A DNA stretch of 38,145 nucleotides. It comes from Prevotellaceae bacterium. GTDB lineage: Bacteria; Bacteroidota; Bacteroidia; Bacteroidales; Paludibacteraceae. The stretch is taken from the NCBI GenBank assembly GCA_031290375.1, contig JAITNR010000253.1, positions 1-38,145 of the forward strand, in the 5' to 3' direction. The position numbers and the translations under genes were made by a program. Shown piece by piece: positions 28,880 to 38,091 of this stretch; positions within the stretch are counted from its first letter, which is position 1; each line of letters begins with the position of its first letter. The notes beneath the pieces were generated by a model. That model did no database searches. It was not told the origin of the DNA and saw only the letters and a program-made list of their open reading frames with translations.

Positions 28880-30370
28880 ATGAAGTCAAAGTATCATTAT
28901 TTAATCGGACTCTCTGTTTTGCTGATGTTCTCTTGTAAGACAGACAATCCAAACAAGGAGAAAATTCTGTCGGAAGAATACTACAGCGGAGGAGTGCTGG
29001 GAACAGTTTTTGACGAAACTCCACTTGCCTACGAGCAACCAACGCCTGTTGTTGAAGAACAGGGATTTGCTGTTGCTTTCAAATTTGGCGAAGCTCTGTT
29101 TGAGAAAGAATTTAACTCCAATGCAACAGGCGTGCGCAGAGGCTTGGGACCTGTTTCTGTTCGCAGTTCCTGTATAACCTGTCATCCGGGTTACGGACAC
29201 GGAAAACGTATGACAAGGTATAATTCTCATGAATACGGAAACGGTTATCTGCTCGTTGTTACCGATGAAAATGACAATTATGTGTCATCTTTGACGGGAA
29301 TGCCGCAAACTCAGTCGGTCTATCCTTTTCTTCCGCCAATTGACGAAAGTCAAATTCAAATTAACTGGTTGGAGCATACCGACTCTTACGGCAACAGGTT
29401 TCCCGATGGAGAAACATACAGTCTGATCTATCCAGAAGTAACCATTCCAAGAGGAGCGTTTAACGTGCCTATGCCCGATTACTACAAGGTGCGTCTGGAG
29501 GCAACTATCGGTATTTACGGCACAGGTTTGATTGATGCCATTGACGATGATTCGATTATTGCTCAATATCGGCGCGAGAAATCTCTGGGCTATTTTGCTC
29601 TAAACGATGCCAAATATCAGTCCGAAAATTTTATCGTAGAGTCGGACGGAACATCTCACCCTGGACGTTATACTTACGGTTTAACTCGTGGAACGCTGCA
29701 AAATGGTCCCGGTGCAAATGCCATCTGGAACATTACAAACGTAACCCGTTCAAACCGCGCATACAACTACATTACAGTTGCCTACGCCAAAGAAATGGCA
29801 GGTAACACATTCATTCAAAGTGAGTTGGGCAAAGATTCAGCAACAATCTATGCCGAATTGATGTCAACAAATCTTCCCGCAGAAATGACTGACGAGGATT
29901 ATGTCAACTTCATGGTATGGCATAGGGGATTGGCAGTGCCTGCGGCTCGCAGTATGGACGACAAGGCTGTACAGAAAGGCAAGGAGAATTTCAAACAGGC
30001 AGGCTGTACCGTTTGTCATCGTCCATCGTGGACAACAGGCGCAGACAACTATTCGGGTGATAATTTGGTAAAAAACAAGTTGCCGCGTTATCCTCACCAA
30101 AAAATATATCCCTATACCGACCTTTTGCAGCATAAACTTGATATGGTGAATGGCATTCGTACAGGTTGGTGCCGCACAACTCCCCTCTGGGGACGCGGTC
30201 TATCGGAAATATGTACAGGAGCAAGCGAACATCTGCACGATATGAGGGCGAGAAATTACGTTGAAGCGATTATGTGGCACAGCGGCGATGCTGCTACTGC
30301 CCGCGACAAATTTCACAAGATGTCAAAGGAAGACAGGGATGCACTTGTAAAATTTTTACAGTCTATTTAG
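28880..30370 (+). CDS. Di-heme oxidoreductase (DUF1111/DHOR) family lipoprotein
   Basis: Lipobox MFSC, GLGP, CITCH and CTVCH heme-c motifs, PYTDLLQH, RTTPLWG, LHDMRAR, EAIMWH. Start placed at ATG 28880. Confidence 0.9.
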   Translation: MKSKYHYLIGLSVLLMFSCKTDNPNKEKILSEEYYSGGVLGTVFDETPLAYEQPTPVVEEQGFAVAFKFGEALFEKEFNSNATGVRRGLGPVSVRSSCITCHPGYGHGKRMTRYNSHEYGNGYLLVVTDENDNYVSSLTGMPQTQSVYPFLPPIDESQIQINWLEHTDSYGNRFPDGETYSLIYPEVTIPRGAFNVPMPDYYKVRLEATIGIYGTGLIDAIDDDSIIAQYRREKSLGYFALNDAKYQSENFIVESDGTSHPGRYTYGLTRGTLQNGPGANAIWNITNVTRSNRAYNYITVAYAKEMAGNTFIQSELGKDSATIYAELMSTNLPAEMTDEDYVNFMVWHRGLAVPAARSMDDKAVQKGKENFKQAGCTVCHRPSWTTGADNYSGDNLVKNKLPRYPHQKIYPYTDLLQHKLDMVNGIRTGWCRTTPLWGRGLSEICTGASEHLHDMRARNYVEAIMWHSGDAATARDKFHKMSKEDRDALVKFLQSI

Positions 30371-30385
30371 AGTTTAGAACAAAAA

Positions 30386-31519
30386 GTGAAAAAAAATTGG
30401 GTTAAATATTTGGCTTTTGGAACATTAATTCTGATAATGATAGTTTTGGCTTCTGCCACTTTTGCAGAAAAAATACATGGTTCGGAATTTGCCCAAAAAC
30501 AGATATACGGAACAATCTGGTTTGTGGCTCTGTGGGGGATTTTGGTGGTAAGTGCCCTGTGCATTTTCCCCTCTGTCCTCCGCATCTCGCCCGCTTTTTT
30601 ACTTCATTTCTCTATGGTAATTATCCTTGCGGGTGCTTTTATCACTTTTTTGACGGCAAAAAGGGGTAATGTGCATATCAGGCAGGGAGAAACCGTCAAT
30701 TCTTTTGTTTCGGAAGGGGATGCCAAAAGGCTATCCTTTCCTTTTTCTGTCAAACTGCTTCTTTTTGACATTGAATATCATGAAGATAGCTACCAGCCTG
30801 TCGATTATATAAGTTTTCTTATGGTAGATGATGAAGTATGCAGGGTGTCTATGAACAGAATCTTCAAACGTCAGGGTTATCGCATCTATCAAATGGAGTA
30901 CGACATTGACGAAATGGGCACAACACTACAAATTGCCTATGACCCGGTCGGAATAGCGGTTACCTATTTGGGATACATTTTGCTGGCTTTGTCCATGCTT
31001 TGGATTCTGTTTTTGAGGATAAAATGGAAAAAAATATTGATAATCACCATTCCTTTGGCTGCAATTTGGTATTATATCTCACAACTCAACCCGATGACAC
31101 CTGTTTTGCGTTCTCCGCTTCTGGCTGCTCACGTGTCAATTATAATGGTGGCGTATCTCTTGCTGCTGACAATCATGATATTGAGTATAGTTGGATTAGC
31201 CTCAACAAAGCGAAGGGAAAAGATAAAAAAAGTCAGTTCTTATATGCTGTACCCTGCCATTTTTTTGCTTACTGCCGGAATATTTATTGGAGCAGTCTGG
31301 GCAAATATTTCCTGGGGCAGATATTGGGGATGGGACGCAAAAGAGACATGGGCGTTAATTACATTGTTGGTATATGCTCTACCTTTTCACAGTCGCAGTT
31401 TGCCATTTTTCAGGGACACAAAAAAATTCCACATTTACAATCTTACAGCCTTTATAACTATCCTGATGACATTTTTCGGCGTAAGTTTCTTTCTTGGCGG
31501 CATTCACAGTTACGTTTAG
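30386..31519 (+). CDS. ccsA: Compact fused cytochrome c biogenesis protein CcsBA (ResB-like plus CcsA)
   Basis: WWD motif WANISWGRYWGWDAKETW; His in LLHFS, AAHVS, PFHSR, GIHSY; ResB-like SMNRI..GYRIYQ segment; GTG start. Confidence 0.88.
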   Translation: MKKNWVKYLAFGTLILIMIVLASATFAEKIHGSEFAQKQIYGTIWFVALWGILVVSALCIFPSVLRISPAFLLHFSMVIILAGAFITFLTAKRGNVHIRQGETVNSFVSEGDAKRLSFPFSVKLLLFDIEYHEDSYQPVDYISFLMVDDEVCRVSMNRIFKRQGYRIYQMEYDIDEMGTTLQIAYDPVGIAVTYLGYILLALSMLWILFLRIKWKKILIITIPLAAIWYYISQLNPMTPVLRSPLLAAHVSIIMVAYLLLLTIMILSIVGLASTKRREKIKKVSSYMLYPAIFLLTAGIFIGAVWANISWGRYWGWDAKETWALITLLVYALPFHSRSLPFFRDTKKFHIYNLTAFITILMTFFGVSFFLGGIHSYV

Positions 31520-31624
31520 AAATCAGATTTAATGAACAAATAATCAATTCGTTAAATTATTAATGCAAAATTCCTTTTTTATTTCTTAAAATCATTAACT
31601 TTGTATTTTTTATTATCTTAAAAA

Positions 31625-32077
31625 ATGGAATATTCTTTGGCATTGCAAAAAGCCGCTTCCTATTGCTCTGTAAGTGAGCGGTGTGCGTCTGAGGTGATTG
31701 AAAAACTGCAAAAATGGGGTATTAATTCTAATGATTGCGAAAAGATAGTAGAGCACCTCAAAAGTGAAAAATTTATTGATGAGCAACGTTATTGCAGTTT
31801 TTTTGTTAAGGACAGGTTTCGCTTCAACCTTTGGGGCAAAAACAAAATTGCCTATATGCTTTCGGTTAAAAATCTGCCGAAAGAGTTTATTGCAGAGGCA
31901 TTGGAACAAGTCGATTATGAGGAATATATCGCGGCATTGTCCGCTATGCTGCACTCAAAAGCAAAGTCAATCAAAACCATCGATCAATACCAAAAGAACG
32001 CCAAACTATACCGCTTTGCCCAATCAAGAGGCTTTGAAAACGAGGCAATCAGAGAGGCAGTGGCGAAGGTGATTTAG
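31625..32077 (+). CDS. recX: Regulatory protein RecX
   Basis: YCSVSERC..EV..KL..WG, FIDEQRY, WGKNKI, RFAQSRGFE. Confidence 0.92.
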   Translation: MEYSLALQKAASYCSVSERCASEVIEKLQKWGINSNDCEKIVEHLKSEKFIDEQRYCSFFVKDRFRFNLWGKNKIAYMLSVKNLPKEFIAEALEQVDYEEYIAALSAMLHSKAKSIKTIDQYQKNAKLYRFAQSRGFENEAIREAVAKVI

Positions 32078-32170
32078 GTATTAGATACGATTCATTCTTT
32101 TTTATTGGGCAAATTTATTTTCATGGAGCTAATTTCATACAGGTAAGTTTTTGTGCGTGTTATTATGTAA

Positions 32171-32971
32171 TCAGTTCAGTTTGAAATTATATGTCAAAGT
32201 GCCAACAGCAATGCCGTTGCCTGACGAAAATTTAACTTTCTTGGCGGCTTCCATCGTAGAATTACGAAGTTTTTCATCAGTAATATTGGTTACAGAATTT
32301 TTTATTGTTACGTCTGTAACACGTCCATTTTCGTCGACCCTGATTTCTACCGTTATTCTGCCTTCAACATTTTGTGTATATGCGGGTTGGGGTATTCCGC
32401 TAACGAGTTGTCGTCCGTTCAAACTCCAATTATGTCCATTGTAGGTACCACTGCCAACAGGATTGCCCTGCGTTGAATTTCCTGTCGAATTACCTTGCCC
32501 GCCGCCACTACTGGAACCTGAACCGCCACTACCGTCGCCACTTTGCCCAAACACTCCTGACATAGCATTGTTTGCCCTGTCTGTTTTTGCTTTCTCTTCT
32601 TCTCTTTTCTTTTTTTCTGCTGCCTCTTTTTGAAGCCTCTCCTGTTCCATTCTCTCTTTGAGTTCCTGTTCCCGCTGTTTTTGTTTTTCAGCCTCAGCAA
32701 GTTTTATTGCCGCCTCGTTTGTTTGTGTCATTAAATTGTTAGGAGGGGTAGGGGTTGACCTTGAAAAATCAGGCGTAACCTCTGACGGTTCTGCTCTTTG
32801 AGGAGCCGGCGAGGTACTGCCAAAGCCCTCCAAATTGTCGCCAAGCATAACTTCTATCCCTTCGGGCGGATAGTTCGAGGGCAAATACAATCTGAACAGA
32901 AACAGCAACAGCAGTATCAATATGCAAATTACTACCGTACCGATAGAGGCGTATGTATCAGAATTTTTCAT
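32171..32971 (-). CDS. TonB/TolA-like energy transducer
   Basis: N-terminal TM, charged coiled segment, Gly/Ser linker, C-terminal EGRITVEIRVDENGRV; last gene of the exbB-exbD operon. Confidence 0.85.
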   Translation of the reverse strand: MKNSDTYASIGTVVICILILLLLFLFRLYLPSNYPPEGIEVMLGDNLEGFGSTSPAPQRAEPSEVTPDFSRSTPTPPNNLMTQTNEAAIKLAEAEKQKQREQELKERMEQERLQKEAAEKKKREEEKAKTDRANNAMSGVFGQSGDGSGGSGSSSGGGQGNSTGNSTQGNPVGSGTYNGHNWSLNGRQLVSGIPQPAYTQNVEGRITVEIRVDENGRVTDVTIKNSVTNITDEKLRNSTMEAAKKVKFSSGNGIAVGTLTYNFKLN

Positions 32972-32986
32972 TTTCAAGCAAAATTA

Positions 32987-33412
32987 TTATTTTTTCTGTT
33001 TGTCCAATGCATTAGTGGCAAGGACTATTTTTATTTTATTAGTATTCGCTATATCAAGCAGTTGTATTACGTTATGATACGGTGTAGCATCGTCTGCATA
33101 AAGTGCTATACAGGTGGTAGAGTCGTTGTTGTGAGCGGCTGTTACCATAGGCTCAATCTGCTCAAAAGCAACCTCTTGCGCCGATTTGCCGGGCATTGCT
33201 ACATGATAGATACCTGTCTGATCAATGCCGACTTTTATCAGTGGCGTTTTGGTAGTTGTCTTGTTGCTACTCTGCGGCAGGTTGATTTTCATATCGTTAG
33301 GCGAAGACATTGTTGAAACTATCATAAAAAAGAGTAACAGCAAAAACACTATATCCGTCATCGAAGCCATCGAAAATGCGGCATCTATCTTATATCTTCT
33401 TTTTATTGCCAT
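32987..33412 (-). CDS. exbD: ExbD/TolR family protein
   Basis: SMTDIVFLLLLFFMI, INLP, LYAD. Confidence 0.92.
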   Translation of the reverse strand: MAIKRRYKIDAAFSMASMTDIVFLLLLFFMIVSTMSSPNDMKINLPQSSNKTTTKTPLIKVGIDQTGIYHVAMPGKSAQEVAFEQIEPMVTAAHNNDSTTCIALYADDATPYHNVIQLLDIANTNKIKIVLATNALDKQKK

Positions 33413-33490
33413 AATTTTTTTCTTTTAATTGAATATTGTGCATTTCAATAATGAGAAGTTTTCTAACTTCTGCATTTTTGTGCCTCAAAT

Positions 33491-34228
33491 TCAGTTTTTT
33501 ACAGGTGTGTTCAATAAATCCATAAACTCCATGGAGCGACTTTCGAGTTTCCTCATCACCTGACTTATCTTGGCATTGAGATAGTTATAGGCAAAATATG
33601 CCAAAATACCGACTATAAGTCCACCTACCGTAGTAATCATCGCCACGTATATGCCTGCTGACAAATCGCTGAGATTGACCGCATTATCGCCTTTGCTTGC
33701 GATATTGAAAAAAGCCTGTACCATACCCAAAACCGTTCCCAGAAAGCCAATCATAGGAGCTCCGCCCGAAATGGCAGCCACTATTCCAAGTCCTTTTTCG
33801 AGTTTGGCAATCTCGATGTTTCCGACATTTTCGATAGCAACAAGCACATCTCCCATCGGGCGTCCCAGACGGGTGATACCCTTTTCTATCATACGTGATG
33901 ATGGAGTGTCGGCTTCCTTGCAAAGTTTGAGGGCACTATCCACTTTGCCATCATAAATGTAGTCCTTGATGCGACTCATAAATGATTTGTCTTCCTGCGA
34001 AGCATTTTGTATTACAATAAAACGCTCGATAAAAAGATAAATTGCAAGAACGAGCATCAAAGCCAGCGGAAGCATTATCCAGCCGCCTTTTACTGCCATT
34101 TCAAACAGACTTATACTCTGTTGTGGCGGTATCGCCGAATTTTGCATGGCGTCTGTAACTGCCTGCGTATTGGACATAACAGCATTTGCCGTATCCTGAA
34201 CTGTGGCAGGAATTTGAAGTAAGAACAT
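33491..34228 (-). CDS. exbB: MotA/TolQ/ExbB proton channel protein
   Basis: GGWIM, APMIGFLGTVLGM, GIYVAMITTVGGL. Confidence 0.92.
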   Translation of the reverse strand: MFLLQIPATVQDTANAVMSNTQAVTDAMQNSAIPPQQSISLFEMAVKGGWIMLPLALMLVLAIYLFIERFIVIQNASQEDKSFMSRIKDYIYDGKVDSALKLCKEADTPSSRMIEKGITRLGRPMGDVLVAIENVGNIEIAKLEKGLGIVAAISGGAPMIGFLGTVLGMVQAFFNIASKGDNAVNLSDLSAGIYVAMITTVGGLIVGILAYFAYNYLNAKISQVMRKLESRSMEFMDLLNTPVKN

Positions 34229-34261
34229 AATTTTATTTTTGATTAATAATTAATATTTTTT

Positions 34262-34317
34262 TTTCGTAATTTTTCAATTATTTCAATTCTCAATTTTCAG
34301 TTTGTAATCCGTAATTG
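34262..34317 (-). repeat. Degenerate 7-bp tandem repeat overlapping the pdxJ stop
   Basis: Minus strand AATTACG GATTACA AACTGAA AATTGAG AATTGAA ATAATTGAAA AATTACG. Confidence 0.55.
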
Positions 34318-34999
34318 TTTTTTCCAGTCCCAAATAGAGTGCATCGGCAATAAGAGCGTGTCCTATGCTCACTTCGGCAAGGAAAGGAATTGACGTTACA
34401 AAAAATTCAAGGTTTTCGAAACTTAAGTCGTGTCCTGCATTGACTTTTAGTCCCAATTTTTTTGCCAAACCGGCAGCAGACACAAAACTTGCCACTGCTT
34501 TTTGTGGATTTTGCCTGTACATAGCAGCATACGGCTCGGTGTAGAGCTCAATTCGGTCTGTACCTGTCTTTGCCGCTGCCTCAATATTGTCAAGTTCAGT
34601 TCCTACAAAAATAGACACTCTGCAACCCAATTCCTGAAAACGCTGCACCAAATCTTTTAGATAACTTTGATTGTCGATGCAGTTCCAACCGGCATTTGAA
34701 GTCAGGGCATCAATGGCATCCGGCACAAGCGTTACCTGCGTGGGAGTGGTTTTTTCTATCAAGTTAATGAATTTTTTTACAGGGTTGCCCTCTATATTAA
34801 GCTCTGTTTTTATATTTGCCTGTAAATCAAACACATCACTGTAGCGAATATGTCTTTCATCCGGACGTGGATGGACGGTAATACCGTCAGCTCCAAATCT
34901 CTCACAATCCTTTGCAACCTGCAATACATCAGGCACATTGCCCCCTCTTGCATTTCGCAGGGTTGCTATTTTATTAATATTTACGCTTAACTTTGTCAT
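34283..34999 (-). CDS. pdxJ: Pyridoxine 5'-phosphate synthase
   Basis: [48 protein letters not shown]. Confidence 0.97.
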   Translation of the reverse strand: MTKLSVNINKIATLRNARGGNVPDVLQVAKDCERFGADGITVHPRPDERHIRYSDVFDLQANIKTELNIEGNPVKKFINLIEKTTPTQVTLVPDAIDALTSNAGWNCIDNQSYLKDLVQRFQELGCRVSIFVGTELDNIEAAAKTGTDRIELYTEPYAAMYRQNPQKAVASFVSAAGLAKKLGLKVNAGHDLSFENLEFFVTSIPFLAEVSIGHALIADALYLGLEKTITDYKLKIEN

Positions 35000-35096
35000 C
35001 AATTTAAAAAAAAATTATACCTTTGCGGTAACTTAATTCTGAAAGGGATTTGCAAAATTACAATAAATATTTTGATTATTAAAAACTTTTTTATCA

Positions 35097-35969
35097 ATGA
35101 AAATAATCATTTTTGGCACTCAATTCACAGATACTCATATATTTTTGTTGAAAAAAATTATTGAATTTTTAACAAAACATAACATTGAAATTTTATATGA
35201 CGCTCTTTTTTTTGATTTACTTGTTAAAAAAAAGGATTTTGAGTTTCTAAATAAAAAAAACATAGCAGATTCGGATTGCACTGCCGATATGGCGATTTCT
35301 TTTGGTGGAGACGGTACTTTTCTTGCCACTGCCCTGAAAATAGGCTCAAAAAATATTCCTATTTTGGGTGTGAATGCGGGCAGGCTTGGTTTTTTGGCTG
35401 ATGTGTCGGAAACGGATATAGACTCTGATTTACAGGCAATTTTAAACGGAAATCATAGAATTGAAGAGAGGACTGTATTGCACCTGGAGATTGTGCAGGG
35501 GCGAAAAACCGAGACATTTTTTGCGCTCAACGATGTGTCTGTGCTTAAAAAGAATATCGCTTCGATGATTTCAATCAATTTGAATATTGACGGCGAATTT
35601 GTAAATACTTATCAATCAGACGGTTTGATTATTTCTACTCCAACAGGTTCTACCGCTTACTCCTTGAGTGTTGGAGGTCCAATTTTAACTCCTGATTCAG
35701 AGAATTTTATACTTGTGCCTGTGGCACCGCATTCTCTTGCTGTCCGTCCGCTCGTAATTCGTAACACCTGTAAGGTTGTGCTCAAAGTAGAGTCCCGTTC
35801 AGGCAATTACCTTGTTTCTGTGGATAGCCGTTCGTTTCAGGTCAAGGAAAATGCGGTAATATTAATACGAAAAGCCGACTATAAAATTAAAAGCATTCAG
35901 CCTCAAAATCATTCATTTTTCAATACTTTGCGAAATAAATTGATGTGGGGAGCAGATGTAAGAAAATAA
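35097..35969 (+). CDS. nadK: NAD kinase
   Basis: GGDGTFL, GVNAGRLGFL, ALND, DGLIISTPTGSTAYSLSVGGP. Confidence 0.97.
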   Translation: MKIIIFGTQFTDTHIFLLKKIIEFLTKHNIEILYDALFFDLLVKKKDFEFLNKKNIADSDCTADMAISFGGDGTFLATALKIGSKNIPILGVNAGRLGFLADVSETDIDSDLQAILNGNHRIEERTVLHLEIVQGRKTETFFALNDVSVLKKNIASMISINLNIDGEFVNTYQSDGLIISTPTGSTAYSLSVGGPILTPDSENFILVPVAPHSLAVRPLVIRNTCKVVLKVESRSGNYLVSVDSRSFQVKENAVILIRKADYKIKSIQPQNHSFFNTLRNKLMWGADVRK

Positions 35970-35994
35970 CAGTTTGAATTTAAAAATATTTGTT

Positions 35995-37902
35995 ATGAAA
36001 TACCGAAAGTTACATGATTTTGAGATAGAGCGTTTGATAGGTCAGGGCTGTACTGCTGACAGTTGGGACAATTTGCAGGTTGACGAGGAATTTTCGACTG
36101 ACTTTGTTGTGAATGTACGATTTACAGGCAAAAGTTTCTTGGGCAAATTTTCAAAAATTTTCAAGTTTGACAATGGAATTGAACAGCATTCAGGCATTTA
36201 CAATGCTCATTTGCATAATTGTACAATTGAAAATGATGTTTATATTTCACACGTTCACAACTATTTAGCCAATTATACAGTTGGACAGGACAGTTACATT
36301 GCAAATGTGGGAACTGTTTCGGCAGACAAGGGCAGTGCCTTTGGCAATGGGGTTATGGTGGCTGCTGTGAATGAAAACGGCGGTAGAAAAATCCCGATAT
36401 TCGACAATCTCTCCTCCCAAATGGCGCATTTGTTGGTTTTTTATCGGCAAAAAAAGAGTGTTATTTCACACATTTTCAGCTTAATAGAGAATTACAGTAA
36501 AAAAATTGCAGAAAATCAAGCACTTATTGGACAAAAAGTTTTTTTGAATAATTGCGGTGAAATTCTTAACATCAAAATTGGCGATGGGGCGGTGCTTTGT
36601 GCTGTGGCAAAACTTTGTAATGGCAGTATTAACAGCACTTTAGATGCTCCATGTGAGGTAGGTACGGGTGTAGTGGCAACAGACTTTATTTTTGCTTCTT
36701 CGTCTAAAATTACGGATAATGTGTTGATTAATAGATGTTTTGTTGGCGAAGGATGTGAGATTTCAAATGGTTTTTCTGCTACCGACTCTCTGTTTTTTGC
36801 AAATTGCGAAATGATGAATGGCGAGGCTGTGTCGGTATTTGCTGCACCTTACAGTTGTTCGCACCACAAGTCAAGTCTATTGATAGCCAGTGCTTTATCT
36901 TTTGCCAATATCGGCAGTGGCACCAATATGAGCAACCACGCTTACAAGTTAGGTGCTGTACATCAGGGAGTTATGGATAGAGGTTGCAAAACAGCAAGCA
37001 ACTCATATATGCATTTCCCCACTCATACAGGGGCTTTCAGCACAATTTTCGGCACACATAAAAACCATCTCAATGTTTCTGATTTGCCGTTTTCGTTTTT
37101 GGTGGAAGAAAACGGGGTTTCGTACCTATCGCCAGCAATAAATCTCTTTCGCTTGGGCATATTGCGGGACGTCAACAAATGGCAAAACCGCGACAAACGT
37201 AAATGCAAAAATCATTTGGATTTAATTAATTATGATATGCTTAATCCTTTTATTATCAATAAGATAGAAAAAGGAATTGAGGTTTTGCAATCTTTGAAAG
37301 AAAAAACGCCCGAAGCGGAATATTTTGAGTATGGAAACTGCAAAATCCGTAACAATGCTCTCAAAAGGGGGATTGAGTATTATAAAGATGCAATCACCGT
37401 TTTTATTGGTAATTTTCTGTTAAACGGGAAAAATTTTAACTTACAGAAAACAGAAGATTGCATGCAATGGGTTGATTTGTCGGGTGTTATAATGCCCAAA
37501 TGCAAGATAGACTACTTATTTGACAATATTGAAAACTACAAAGATATTAATCAAATCAAAGAATATTTTCATGAAATATATAAAAATTATGATGAATATT
37601 ATTATATGTTTATGGTTTCAAAGAAATATTTACCGACAAGCGAAAATATTAAAACGATTCTCGAACAATACGTTTTCATTTTAGTAAATTTGAAAAAACG
37701 AATTGTTTTAGAGGCTAATAGAGAGTTTTTCGGAACATCTAAAATTAGTTATGGTATTGATTATAATGAGGATAAAGATAGTGATTTTGAGGCAGTTAGA
37801 GGTGTAGTCGAAACAAACACTTTCGTTAATAACTGTACAAAAGAAATTCAACAAAAAATAGACAAAGCAAGAATAAGTCAAGGATTACTTAGCAATGAAT
37901 AA
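35995..37902 (+). CDS. DUF4954 family protein (beta-helix)
   Basis: GIYNAHLHNC, FGNGV.V..VNE.GGR, DSLFFANC...NGEA, HHKSSLLI, GSGTNMSNHAYKLG, KWQNRDKR. Start placed at ATG 35995. Confidence 0.88.
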   Translation: MKYRKLHDFEIERLIGQGCTADSWDNLQVDEEFSTDFVVNVRFTGKSFLGKFSKIFKFDNGIEQHSGIYNAHLHNCTIENDVYISHVHNYLANYTVGQDSYIANVGTVSADKGSAFGNGVMVAAVNENGGRKIPIFDNLSSQMAHLLVFYRQKKSVISHIFSLIENYSKKIAENQALIGQKVFLNNCGEILNIKIGDGAVLCAVAKLCNGSINSTLDAPCEVGTGVVATDFIFASSSKITDNVLINRCFVGEGCEISNGFSATDSLFFANCEMMNGEAVSVFAAPYSCSHHKSSLLIASALSFANIGSGTNMSNHAYKLGAVHQGVMDRGCKTASNSYMHFPTHTGAFSTIFGTHKNHLNVSDLPFSFLVEENGVSYLSPAINLFRLGILRDVNKWQNRDKRKCKNHLDLINYDMLNPFIINKIEKGIEVLQSLKEKTPEAEYFEYGNCKIRNNALKRGIEYYKDAITVFIGNFLLNGKNFNLQKTEDCMQWVDLSGVIMPKCKIDYLFDNIENYKDINQIKEYFHEIYKNYDEYYYMFMVSKKYLPTSENIKTILEQYVFILVNLKKRIVLEANREFFGTSKISYGIDYNEDKDSDFEAVRGVVETNTFVNNCTKEIQQKIDKARISQGLLSNE

Positions 37903-37974
37903 TGAATAATGAATAATGAATAATATATCGTATGAGAAGTTCATTATTCATTATTCATTATTCATTATTCATTG
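37893..37974. repeat. Inverted pair of heptamer arrays (AATGAAT)4 / (ATTCATT)4+ forming a 32-bp perfect hairpin
   Basis: 37893-37924 is the exact reverse complement of 37943-37974, with an 18-nt loop; includes the DUF4954 stop codon. Confidence 0.95.
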
Positions 37975-38029
37975 ATATATAATTGATGTAAGCATAAATC
38001 TTACTTGCTTATTGTGGATAAGCAGTAAT

Positions 38030-38062
38030 AAAAAAAAGGGCTGTCCTCACGGACGACCCTTT
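38030..38062 (-). terminator. Intrinsic terminator of the minus-strand gene at the right edge
   Basis: Minus strand AAAGGGTCGTCC-GTGA-GGACAGCCC followed by a T8 run. Confidence 0.8.
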
Positions 38063-38063
38063 C

Positions 38064-38091
38064 AATTTTTAGTTTTTAGTTTTTAGTTTTT
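38064..38091 (-). repeat. Heptamer array (AAAAACT)3 AAAAATT overlapping a stop codon
   Basis: Plus strand AATTTTT AGTTTTT AGTTTTT AGTTTTT. Confidence 0.75.

Noticed and set aside
31000-31563. 187-aa alternative-frame ORF inside ccsBA
   Set aside because: It overlaps the WWD-coding frame, has a non-ATG start, and shows no protein-like motif.
37893-37974. CRISPR array
   Set aside because: Contiguous 7-bp units with no unique spacers, and no cas genes in the window.
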